This document shows positions 63,989 through 64,000 of a stretch of 64,000 bases of DNA, piece after piece (position 1 is the first letter of the stretch; the number at the start of each line of letters is the position of its first letter). The stretch lies in contig OZ316896.1 in assembly GCA_973895155.1 (NCBI GenBank), positions 21,841,622 through 21,905,621 of the forward strand, written 5' to 3'. The notes beneath the pieces are model-generated. The model was not told the origin of the DNA. It made no database searches and saw nothing but the letters and a program-made list of their open reading frames with translations. The position numbers and the translations under genes are program-made. This DNA is from Marsupella aquatica (lineage: Eukaryota; Plantae; Marchantiophyta).

Positions 63989-64000
63989 ATGTCTAATGAT

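Overview
Eukaryotic nuclear DNA from a land plant; the gene set and sequence style suggest a non-seed plant, possibly a bryophyte (inference). It holds four spliced protein-coding genes: a DEMETER/ROS1-family 5-methylcytosine DNA glycosylase (minus strand, 3' part runs off the left edge), phosphoglucan water dikinase PWD/GWD3 (minus, 19 exons), GPI mannosyltransferase 2 PIG-V (plus, 8 exons, one U12-type intron) and a CASP-like membrane protein (minus, 3 exons). Positions ~9.2-42 kb form a CpG-depleted block of transposon remnants: L1 LINE and Ty1/copia fragments, a three-copy MITE family, a small Helitron and dispersed repeats. Two CpG-retaining islands stand out in that block. One is a 4,273-bp TG...CA element with a perfect 5-bp target-site duplication that looks like a solo LTR but carries a decayed two-ORF orphan cassette. 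The other is a ~520-bp, densely self-complementary candidate ncRNA. Also notable are a tandem copy of the PWD C-terminus plus 3' flank with mostly synonymous changes and an 88-aa internal duplication in the DME/ROS1 linker. All coordinates were derived by hand, with no database searches.
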